NCBI GenBank assembly: GCA_046290225.1
Contig: JBKAGE010000075.1
Coordinates: 96,001-160,000 of the forward strand
Length of the DNA stretch: 64,000 bases
Direction of reading: 5' to 3'
Source: Bradymonadia bacterium
GTDB taxonomy: Bacteria; Myxococcota_A; Bradymonadia; UBA7976; UBA1532
The notes beneath the pieces were generated by a model. That model did not search any database, was not told where the DNA came from, and saw only the letters and a list, made by a program, of their open reading frames with translations. Positions 26,397 to 34,958 of this stretch are shown here, in pieces. Each line of letters opens with the position of its first letter. The stretch's first letter is position 1. Both the position numbers and the translations under genes were made by a program.

Positions 26397-27349
26397 GTCG
26401 AGGGGCTCCCAAGCAGGTTCAAGATGCCGTCGAGATCGGCGGTGGTGTCGAGCGAGGCCACAGGGGTCCGGCGCTTGATGCGCTTGACGTGGCTCAGATT
26501 GGATCGGCCCGGCCCCAGGTGCCAGAAGCGCTCGATGCCGTGATCGAACAGCTGCTGCAGGCTCTCTCGCCAGCGGACCGGGGCGGTGATTTGAGCCACA
26601 AGGCGTGCCTTGAGGGCCTCTGGGGTGATCTCCGTCGTCCAGGTGGCGCTCACGTTGTCGACGTAGGGCACCTGGAGCGGTCGCAGCGTGATGGCGTCGA
26701 GTGCTTCGCCGAGGCCCGCTGCCGCCGGGGCCAGGTAGGGGCTGTGGAAGGGGGCAGAGACGGGCAAGGGGGTCACCCGAGCGCTCAAGCGCTCCAGGCG
26801 ATCATTCGCCTCGGCCACAGCTTCGGCAGCGCCGCTGATCACCACGAGGCCTGGCGCGTTGTCGGCGGCGATGCCGACGATGCCGCTCACCGACTCGACC
26901 ACCGGGGTGATCTCCACAGGGCCCAGGCCACCGATGGCTGACATGGCCCCGACGCCGGGATCCACCGCGCGCTGCATCAGCTCGCCGCGGCGGCGGCACA
27001 GCCGAATGGCGTCGGAGAAGTCGAGGGCCCCTGAGGCAACGAGGGCGCCGAACTCCCCGAGGGAGTGCCCGGCGACGGCAGAGGGCACAAAGCCACGGGC
27101 CCGAAGCACGGCCCACCCGGCCACGGCCACTGTGAGCACCGCCGGCTGCGTGTTCGCCGTGAGGGTCAGTTGATCTTCGGGGCCTTCGAAGATCAGACGA
27201 GAGAGGGGCTCACCGAGTGCTGCATCAGCCTGCTCGAAGACGTCGCGGGCCTCGGGGAAGCGATCGCGGAGGATGCGCCCCATGCCCACGTATTGGGTGC
27301 CCTGGCCGGCGAAGAGCAGAGCCGTCGGGGGAGATGTCGGGGCGATCAA
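26393..27349 (-). CDS. fabD: Malonyl-CoA:ACP transacylase
   Basis: FAGQGTQ, TQPA, GHSLGE catalytic Ser, VSAPFHS, PVRW. Confidence 0.93.
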   Translation of the reverse strand: MIAPTSPPTALLFAGQGTQYVGMGRILRDRFPEARDVFEQADAALGEPLSRLIFEGPEDQLTLTANTQPAVLTVAVAGWAVLRARGFVPSAVAGHSLGEFGALVASGALDFSDAIRLCRRRGELMQRAVDPGVGAMSAIGGLGPVEITPVVESVSGIVGIAADNAPGLVVISGAAEAVAEANDRLERLSARVTPLPVSAPFHSPYLAPAAAGLGEALDAITLRPLQVPYVDNVSATWTTEITPEALKARLVAQITAPVRWRESLQQLFDHGIERFWHLGPGRSNLSHVKRIKRRTPVASLDTTADLDGILNLLGSPST

Positions 27350-29580
27350 TTCAGGCTCCCATGGCCGTCGACGGCTTCGGGATGGGCCAGGGCGAGGCAG
27401 GCGTTCTGCCCCCCGAACCCAAAGGAGTTGCTTAAGAGCGCCGCTGGCGCCCCTGGGCGACCCACTGGGCCCACCAGGTCGAGATCTATGGCTGGGTCGA
27501 CGTGCTCGGTGTGCGGGTTCGGTGGCAGCGCGTCACCGGCGAAGGCCGCTAGGCAGGCGGTGAGCTCCACGGCCCCTGCGGCTGCGATGGCGTGACCCAC
27601 CTGTGCCTTGCTGCTGCTCACTGGGGGGGGCGCGTCGCCAAAGACCGAGCGGATGGCGAGGCTCTCGGCGACGTCGTTGAGCGCAGTGCCCGTGCCGTGG
27701 GCGTTCACGTACTCCACACGGTCGGGCGCCCAGCGGGCATGGCTCAGAGCGGCTTGCATGGCCTGTGATGCCCCTGCACCCTCCGGGTGTGGGGCGGTGA
27801 CGTTGTAGGCGTCGAGGCTCGCGCCCCAACCGGACAGCACACCGTAGATCCGGCGCCCTGCTGCCCGCGCTGCTGCATAGGGCTCGAGCGCGAAGAAAGC
27901 CGCGCCCTCGCCCATGACGAAGCCGCTGCGGTCCACGTCGAAGGGTCGGCCGGCGCGAGCGGGATCAGGCTCTTCGGTGGTGGCGCCCAGTCGGATGAAG
28001 GGCAACAGCCCGAAGGGGTGCACCATGCTGTCGGCCCCCCCGGCGAGGACCATGGGGGCGGCCCCACGTCGGATGAGATCTGCACCATGACCCACCGCCG
28101 CCGAGCCGGCAGCGCAGGCGCTGAAGTGACACCCCCAAGGGCCAGTGAGCCCGAGATGAGTGCGGAGCAGACGCGCCGGTCGATCGACGCGGTGTCGCCA
28201 GGGCGACTGGGGTCGCTCGGAGAACCTGTGAGCCCCGAGGCCCTTCAGATCGAGCACACCATCGCGCAGCCAGGGGGCGTAGTCCTGATTCAGCTCTGTG
28301 GCGGTGGCGCTGGACAACCCCGTGGCATACACGAGGCCCGCATCGACTGGCAGACCACCCACGGAGGCCACAGCGTCGAGGGCCGCGGTGAGGGCCAGCT
28401 CGCCCTTTCGATCTTCGAGGCCGGCCATGGCCGCCTCGAGGGGGTCGGGCAAGGTGAGGGGGCCATCGACCTCACAGGCGACCTTCACTGGGAAACGCCG
28501 AGCGTCGAAGCGCGTGATGGTGCGACTGCCACAGCGCCCTGCGAGCAACGCCTCAGTGAAGGCGCCGAAGGTGTGCCCCAGGGGGGTTCTCAGGCCGATG
28601 CCCGTGATGGCCACCGCCTGTCCGTCGATGCCCCGTCGAGTATGGGCCGCAGGGGCGCGCGGTGTCTCTGATGAAGGCCTGGCGGTCAACGTCAGCGTGC
28701 CGTGCTGAGCACGGCCCTTGAGCGCGAAGGTGCTCACGAGGTTCATCGCCGAGGTGGCTGCGCCACAGTCACCCCAAGGTCCCGCAGTTGTCGATCCGTC
28801 GTCAGCGTGTCGGCGGATCACCCCCTTGATCTGCGCACCACGGGCCCGCGCAGCATCGATGGGCTCGAGGACCAGGATCGCAGCCCCTTCGCCGAGGCGG
28901 GTGGGCTCTTCGGCGCCGGCTTGCAGAGCACGGGCTGCGCTGATGCGATCGGTGAGATCCACCCGGCTGTCGGCTGCGCCGGCGAAGGCCATCTGCACGC
29001 GGCCTTCTTCGAGGGCCACCAGGGCCTCCTCGAGGGCCGTGACCCCCGACTCTGCTTCAGCGCAGAGGGCGTGGTTGTGTCCGGTGATGCCGAGGGTGAT
29101 GGCCACGTGGGCCGGACTCATGTTGGGCAGCGTCTTGAGTGATGACAGAGGGTTCATCCACCCCATGCCCTCGTCGATGAGCCGATCGAGATCGACCTGA
29201 CCTGTATCACCAAGGCTGTGGCTCAGCATGGGGAGGAGATCATCAAGGTTGCCAGGCTCACGGCCCACACCGATGAACAGGCCCGCAGCCCTCAGTGTGT
29301 CACCCTCTTCGAGGCCCGCGTCACGGGCAGCGAGGGCTGAAGCCACCACGGCGATGCGGTTGGCCCGGGCCATGAGCTTGAGATCTTTGCGCCGGCGCAG
29401 AAAGGGCTTGGGGTTGAACCCTTCGGGGAGAGGGCACACCTCTATCCCCGGGGCCGCCGCACCCTCGTCTTCCGTGGGTGTGCGGCGAGGGTCATGACCA
29501 GCCTTGAGGCCTTCGAGGGTGGCCTCGAGGCTCAAGCCCAGTGGGGTGAGCAGGCCCACACCTGTGATGGCGATCTCCAT
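27346..29580 (-). CDS. Tandem CLF-like + active ketosynthase fusion protein
   Basis: Two KS N-termini (IAITGVG; VAITGIG). The first has GHNHALCAEAESG (no catalytic Cys); the second has SACAAG, HGTGT and KAQVGH. Confidence 0.85.
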   Translation of the reverse strand: MEIAITGVGLLTPLGLSLEATLEGLKAGHDPRRTPTEDEGAAAPGIEVCPLPEGFNPKPFLRRRKDLKLMARANRIAVVASALAARDAGLEEGDTLRAAGLFIGVGREPGNLDDLLPMLSHSLGDTGQVDLDRLIDEGMGWMNPLSSLKTLPNMSPAHVAITLGITGHNHALCAEAESGVTALEEALVALEEGRVQMAFAGAADSRVDLTDRISAARALQAGAEEPTRLGEGAAILVLEPIDAARARGAQIKGVIRRHADDGSTTAGPWGDCGAATSAMNLVSTFALKGRAQHGTLTLTARPSSETPRAPAAHTRRGIDGQAVAITGIGLRTPLGHTFGAFTEALLAGRCGSRTITRFDARRFPVKVACEVDGPLTLPDPLEAAMAGLEDRKGELALTAALDAVASVGGLPVDAGLVYATGLSSATATELNQDYAPWLRDGVLDLKGLGAHRFSERPQSPWRHRVDRPARLLRTHLGLTGPWGCHFSACAAGSAAVGHGADLIRRGAAPMVLAGGADSMVHPFGLLPFIRLGATTEEPDPARAGRPFDVDRSGFVMGEGAAFFALEPYAAARAAGRRIYGVLSGWGASLDAYNVTAPHPEGAGASQAMQAALSHARWAPDRVEYVNAHGTGTALNDVAESLAIRSVFGDAPPPVSSSKAQVGHAIAAAGAVELTACLAAFAGDALPPNPHTEHVDPAIDLDLVGPVGRPGAPAALLSNSFGFGGQNACLALAHPEAVDGHGSLN

Positions 29581-29584
29581 GGGA

Positions 29585-30853
29585 TCAGCCCTCGTAGCGC
29601 GCCACTGCGAGGGTGCCGTTGCTGCCCCCGAAGCCAAAGGCGTTGGTCAGCGCCACTTTGACGTCGCAGGTGCGTGGGGTCTTGGGCACATAGTCGAGAT
29701 CACAGGCTGGATCCGGGTGCTCGTAGTTGAGCGTGGGTGGCAGGATCCCGTGGGCGATGGCCTTCACGCACACGATCAGCTCCACCGCACCACAGGCTGC
29801 GACGAGGTGCCCCATCATCGACTTCGTCGACGACACGGGGGTGGTGTCAGCTGCGGCACCGAGTGCGCCGCGGATGCCTGCGGTCTCCGAGGCGTCGTTC
29901 TGTTGAGTGCTCGTCCCGTGGGCGTTGATGTAGTCCACCTCGTCAGGGTTGAGCCGGGCGTCGGTGAGGGCCTGCATCATCGACTGCCGCGCCCCGCGGC
30001 CGTCCGGGGGGCTGTCGGTGATCCGCCACGCATTGGCTGAGCAGCCGTAACCGAGCAGCTCTGCATGAATGCGGGCACCTCGGGCCCTGGCATGGGACAG
30101 GCGCTCTAAGATCACGAAGCCGGCGCCCTCGCCCAGGACGAAGCCGTCTCGGGTGCGATCGAAGGGGCGGCAGGCCTCGGTGGGCGCCTCGTTCCGGGTG
30201 GACAATGCCCCCAACAGGCCAAAGCCCACCACCATGAACTCTTCAACGAGGCGATCGGTGCCCCCGGTGATCATGACGTCGACTTCACCGCGGCGGAGCA
30301 GCCGCATGGCGTCGCCGATGGCCTGAGCGCTCGAGGTGCACGCGGTGCTGGTGGTGAGCGTGGGCCCTTCTGCACCTACGCGCTCGGCGAGGTGGCTCGC
30401 CGGGAACCAGGGGGCCATGACCACGAAGTCCCGGGGCTCGACGGAGCGATAGACTTCGCTGGGGCTGCTGGTCTTGAGCGTGCGCACGCGGCCGGCGAGG
30501 GTGTGCAGGTCAGGTCGGCTGATCTCGGCGCCCACGCTGATGCCCATACGATGGGGGGCAATCTGACCGCGCTCGAGGCCCGCGTCGGCGAGGGCTTCGT
30601 CCACAGCGGCGCTGGCAAAGGCGGCCTTGTCGTCGGACCACTTCACGTGGTGCCCGCTCAGCGGTGACGTGAACCCCTTGATCTCGGCGGCGAAGGTGGT
30701 GCCGAAGCCGCTGGGATCGAACCGGGTGATGGGGGCCATGGCCGACTGCCCGCCCAGGATCGCATCCCAGGTCTGGGTCACGGTGTGACCGAGGGGGGTG
30801 ACACACCCGATGCCGGTGATGACCACCCGATCCTCTTCTGGGTGTCGACTCAT
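29585..30853 (-). CDS. fabF: Beta-ketoacyl-ACP synthase (FabF-like, catalytically intact)
   Basis: STACTSS, INAHGTST, KSMMGHL, NAFGFGG. Confidence 0.9.
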   Translation of the reverse strand: MSRHPEEDRVVITGIGCVTPLGHTVTQTWDAILGGQSAMAPITRFDPSGFGTTFAAEIKGFTSPLSGHHVKWSDDKAAFASAAVDEALADAGLERGQIAPHRMGISVGAEISRPDLHTLAGRVRTLKTSSPSEVYRSVEPRDFVVMAPWFPASHLAERVGAEGPTLTTSTACTSSAQAIGDAMRLLRRGEVDVMITGGTDRLVEEFMVVGFGLLGALSTRNEAPTEACRPFDRTRDGFVLGEGAGFVILERLSHARARGARIHAELLGYGCSANAWRITDSPPDGRGARQSMMQALTDARLNPDEVDYINAHGTSTQQNDASETAGIRGALGAAADTTPVSSTKSMMGHLVAACGAVELIVCVKAIAHGILPPTLNYEHPDPACDLDYVPKTPRTCDVKVALTNAFGFGGSNGTLAVARYEG

Positions 30854-31161
30854 GAAGGTGTGGCCTCCGTAGCAATGACCGTGAGCCGCACTGTGTCCTG
30901 TACGGCACGGGCACTATAGGGGAAACGGTCCTGTACTGGGAAGCCCGCGATTCGCGGCGTGAAAATGTATAAGCGATCCTCACAAAACAGCTCCCGTCGT
31001 CAGTGCCGCGATGTACTTCGCGAGACGCGAGAAACCGTCCTCGACGATGCTTTGGCATCGCCTGCGGGTGTTTCTCACGTCTCACTCGTGCCTCGCGGCC
31101 CTGTCTCGGTCCGCTGTTGGGTGAGAATCTCCAAGTGCCCAGATCGGTGAGACAGTTCTCG

Positions 31162-31190
31162 TTGACCCTGGGGTGGGCTTCGTTTAGGCT
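31162..31190 (+). promoter_or_regulatory. Putative sigma70 promoter of the small basic protein gene
   Basis: TTGACC-N17-TAGGCT. Confidence 0.55.
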
Positions 31191-31227
31191 GCCGGCCGCT
31201 CAAGGCTCTATCAAAAAGGACTCTGTC

Positions 31228-31353
31228 ATGAAGACTCGTAAGCAGCGCAACAACACCGCCCGTTACAAGGCCGCCCGCAAGGCCAAGCTCCGCAAGGCCC
31301 GCAAGCGCGCCGCTGGCCTGCTCAAGAAGAAGGCCAACCGCCGCCTCGCTTGA
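31228..31353 (+). CDS. 41-aa Lys/Arg-rich small protein
   Basis: MKTRKQRNNTARYKAARKAKLRKARKRAAGLLKKKANRRLA; AAGGA RBS, strongly biased codons (AAG, CGC, GCC), own promoter. Confidence 0.8.
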   Translation: MKTRKQRNNTARYKAARKAKLRKARKRAAGLLKKKANRRLA

Positions 31354-31553
31354 GCCCTGCCTGGGCTGCACTGCCCGGACTGCACTGCCTGGGCTGTCCT
31401 CTCTGAGAGCCCGCCCACACCACGCCTCTCCAGGTGTATCGGCTTTTGCCGAGCACACCGCGTACATCTACAACGCTGATGCAGACAACTGGATATGGGT
31501 GAAGTGCGCCTGAGCGCAGGAGTGCGCTCGGCGTGGGGAGAGCAGGCGCCTGC

Positions 31554-34500
31554 TCAGGGCAGGGTGACCTCGCTCCAGCTGTTGAGGGGGAGACTGGTGA
31601 GCGGGTCGACGGGCTGCGGGTTGTCTACGGGGCTGAGCAGATCACACTCGCCGTCGGGGTTGGCGTCGAGATCGGTCTCCACCACGTAGAGCGAGTAGTC
31701 CACACGCTGCTCTTCGTCGGGCACCCGGCCTACGTTGAAGGCGTTGATGAGCACCGACTCGTTCAACTGGCCGCCTCGGATGTTGAGACAGGTCATGTTG
31801 GTCGAGCGGGAGGCGAAGACCGTCTGGGGCAGCACGTCATCGTCGGGGTTGCGGGCCACTGCGGTGATCCGGACCTCGCCGTCGGTGGCTTCGAGGTAGG
31901 TCACCGCCACAGTGCGGTGGGCGCCCGGCGGCACCTCAAGCTCGAACCAGTCACCGACGTTGGGGCCGCGCTCGCCGAAGGTCTCGTTGGTGTTGCCGCC
32001 GCAGATCCAGGTGTCGCCGAGGAACACGTCGCCGCTGCCGAGGCTCGTGGCCCGGGCAGAGTCGTCGTTGTCGGTCTCACCCTCGCGATAGTCCGGCGCG
32101 CAGAAGTAGGCCTCAGCGCAGATGCGCTCGCCATCGGCACAGGCGTTCCCACCACCAGGGCAGATGCGCTCCTCGAGGGGGCAGGGCAGTACCGGCACAG
32201 CGGTGATGGTCAGGTTGTAGGTGTTCTGGATCACCTGACCGCCATTGTTGAACACGCGCAGGTAGTAGGTGCCCGCCTGGCCCAGGTTCAGGGCTCGATC
32301 GATCAGCTCGCCGTTGCGGGCGGTGATGCTCTCGGAGGTACGACCGATCTGATCCTCGTAGTAGAGCTCGAGATCGATGTTGCCGAACTCGTTGATGAAC
32401 TGCACCGAAGCAGAGATACGGGCGTTGTCTTCGGGCACTAGAATCTCGTACCAGTCCTCGTCGGGCACACCATTCTGACCACACAGCTGCATGTTCTCGA
32501 AGACCGCGCGGTTGTTGTTGGCCAGCGTGGTGGCGCTGCCGCGGGTGTCGTTGCGGCCCTGGCCGTTGACGTCGTTCTCCGGGTCGAGATCGCAGTTCCC
32601 GCCGTCGCTTGGCTGGCGGCGTACCACCAACTCGTAGTTCGCCGAGGCCTGGTCCACCACACCGCTCACGAGGATGGCCACGTCGCCAGCGGCGCCGGCA
32701 GGCACCTGGTAGAAGGCGTTGATCTGGCCGATGCGACCGCGGCCGATGACACCCTGAGGCACACCGTCGCGTACGAACTGCACCTGCATGTCACCGCCAG
32801 CGTTGCCCTCGATGACCACCGAGGCGGTGAGTACGTCGAACTCGTTGGCGCGGATGGTGAAATAGTCGCGATCACGGGGGCACAGGCGCAGCCCCACGGG
32901 GATCGAGTGGTTCACGCCGATCAGGAACCGGCCCTGAGCATCCAAAGCGTCGGGGAGGACCTGGTCCTCCAGGGGGGGCGCGAGGCCGATGGCGTCGTTG
33001 TTTTCGAGGGCGTCGGCGGCACAGGGGTCAGCGCGGTTGAAATTGATGGAGAGGCGGTAGTTGGCGATGGTCTCGTCATCAGCGCCCACCACCCGGGCGA
33101 ACCAGCGCGGTGAGTCGTCGAAGGCGCCAGTGCCCTCGGCGAGGTTCAGGGTCCAGACCGTGCTGCCGTCAGGCTGCACTGCGCCGTCTTCGAGCACAGT
33201 GGTGTAGTTGGGCTGGGCCACGTTGTTCACCCGGTTGGGGCTGAACAGCTGCACCAGCACAGGCGTGCTCCCGGGCAGCGCCGTCAGCTCGATCTCCGTG
33301 CCGTCGTCGGGGCTGATGGGGAACGTGAACCAGTCGGTGTCATCGCCACAGATGCTCTGCTCGAAGACCTCGACACCACCGCCAGGACGCAGACCGATGA
33401 GGCGGGCGTCGTCGGAGAAGTCGTCATTGGGCTCGGCGAGATCGAACTCGTCGAGGAAGCAGGCTGGCTCGCCGTCACCGCCAGCAACCTCGATGGTGAG
33501 ATCGTACTGGTTGGTCACGTCGTCGGCGGCGCCGTACACCCGGACCGAGTAGTTGCCCGCGGGGGCACCCTGGTCGAGGGCTGCAGGCCAGAGGATCACC
33601 TCGGGGGCCACCAGGTTGGTTTGGCTCTCGATGAGCATGCCATCAGGGCCGAAGAGGGCGAGCTGCAGATCGCCGGGCACGTTCGGATCGGGGGCCTGCT
33701 CGAAGTCCAGGGTGATGCGGATGCGGCCACCCTCGGGCACGTCGATGGCGTAGTAGTCGTCATCTGCGGGGCAAAGGGTGCGCTGGCCTGTGGAGACCTG
33801 GCCCACCACGAGGTTGAGAGGAGTGGCATCTTCCAGGCCGTTGTTGGGCTCGTGATCGAGATCGTCACGGCAGCCCTCCTCACACTGACCCAGGGTGATG
33901 TTGCAGAACTCGTCGGCGCTGATGCAGTCGTCGTGGGCGGCGCACCGGGCGCGGCAAATCTCTGCCACCTCGTCGCAGTAGAAGCCCTCTTGATCAGGGC
34001 AGGGGAAGTCGGCGTTGCAGAAGGCGCGGCACACGTGGTTGGCGTCGCAAGTGAGGCCGTTGGCGCAGTCGTCACCGCCGATGCGGCAGCCTTCGGCGCA
34101 GGTCCCGGTGCCCTCACCGACGTTGATGTCGCAGTAGAAGCCTTCTTCACAGTCAGTATCGGCCTGGCAGGTGATCTCCTCGCACAGGCGGGTGTCGGGG
34201 TTGCAGGCCTCGCCCTCGGGGCAGGCGGTGCCGTCGGGATCCTGGGCGCCCTCGCGGCAGCCGCGCTCGCAGCGGCCGTCGGCGTTGCAGTACTCGTCGG
34301 GGCCGCAGACCTCGTCTACGTTGTTGTCGTCACACAAGGCGCCACAGGGATCGTTGGCGCACGACGTGGTGTTGGGCAACACCGAGCCCTGGCACTGGTT
34401 GGCCACGCCGAGGGCGCACGTGTTGTCCTCGCTGCAGCAGGCCACGAGCGGGGCACACTGCCGGGTCATCTCGTCGCAGCGGAAGGTGATGCCGCCCTGA

Positions 34501-34958
34501 GGCTCGCAGTTGTCGGGCATGGTGCGGCAGCCAGGCGTACAGCCGTCGGGGCTGCAGTACTCGCCGTCGGCGCAGTCCACGTCTCGGGTGCAGCGCTCTT
34601 CTTCACAGGTGCGGCTCGAAGGGTCGCAGAACTCCCCTTCACCACAGGCGTCGAGGCGACAGCCATCTGCACAGGTGCCCACCACGGCATCGCCGATGTC
34701 GCAGAACTGATCGTCTGCACATTCGCCGTCTTCGAAGCAGGCCACGTCTTCGCCGCCACCTCCTCCGCCCTCGCCGGCGTCGCCGCCGATGCCGCCCATA
34801 TCACCACTCTCGCCACCGACCGTCGCGTCGGCCAGCCGGGTGGTGGTTTTGTCGTCACAGCCAAAGCCCCAGAGGCTCAGAGCCACGATCAGGGCCGGTG
34901 TCCACCAGCGCTTACCTGCGAGGGTCGCTTTGTGAATTGAGTGCTCACTCATGCTCAA
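31554..34958 (-). CDS. Large Cys-rich/PPC-domain lipoprotein
   Basis: Lipobox WGFGC; many C..D.DC..G..C....C..GC repeats; then E.ND..A...LC..D.DY/W PPC-like repeats. Confidence 0.88.
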   Translation of the reverse strand: MSMSEHSIHKATLAGKRWWTPALIVALSLWGFGCDDKTTTRLADATVGGESGDMGGIGGDAGEGGGGGGEDVACFEDGECADDQFCDIGDAVVGTCADGCRLDACGEGEFCDPSSRTCEEERCTRDVDCADGEYCSPDGCTPGCRTMPDNCEPQGGITFRCDEMTRQCAPLVACCSEDNTCALGVANQCQGSVLPNTTSCANDPCGALCDDNNVDEVCGPDEYCNADGRCERGCREGAQDPDGTACPEGEACNPDTRLCEEITCQADTDCEEGFYCDINVGEGTGTCAEGCRIGGDDCANGLTCDANHVCRAFCNADFPCPDQEGFYCDEVAEICRARCAAHDDCISADEFCNITLGQCEEGCRDDLDHEPNNGLEDATPLNLVVGQVSTGQRTLCPADDDYYAIDVPEGGRIRITLDFEQAPDPNVPGDLQLALFGPDGMLIESQTNLVAPEVILWPAALDQGAPAGNYSVRVYGAADDVTNQYDLTIEVAGGDGEPACFLDEFDLAEPNDDFSDDARLIGLRPGGGVEVFEQSICGDDTDWFTFPISPDDGTEIELTALPGSTPVLVQLFSPNRVNNVAQPNYTTVLEDGAVQPDGSTVWTLNLAEGTGAFDDSPRWFARVVGADDETIANYRLSINFNRADPCAADALENNDAIGLAPPLEDQVLPDALDAQGRFLIGVNHSIPVGLRLCPRDRDYFTIRANEFDVLTASVVIEGNAGGDMQVQFVRDGVPQGVIGRGRIGQINAFYQVPAGAAGDVAILVSGVVDQASANYELVVRRQPSDGGNCDLDPENDVNGQGRNDTRGSATTLANNNRAVFENMQLCGQNGVPDEDWYEILVPEDNARISASVQFINEFGNIDLELYYEDQIGRTSESITARNGELIDRALNLGQAGTYYLRVFNNGGQVIQNTYNLTITAVPVLPCPLEERICPGGGNACADGERICAEAYFCAPDYREGETDNDDSARATSLGSGDVFLGDTWICGGNTNETFGERGPNVGDWFELEVPPGAHRTVAVTYLEATDGEVRITAVARNPDDDVLPQTVFASRSTNMTCLNIRGGQLNESVLINAFNVGRVPDEEQRVDYSLYVVETDLDANPDGECDLLSPVDNPQPVDPLTSLPLNSWSEVTLP

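Noticed and set aside
31358..31397. 14-bp imperfect tandem repeat CTGCCTGGGCTGCA x~3
   Set aside because: Short, degenerate and single-locus, with no supportable function
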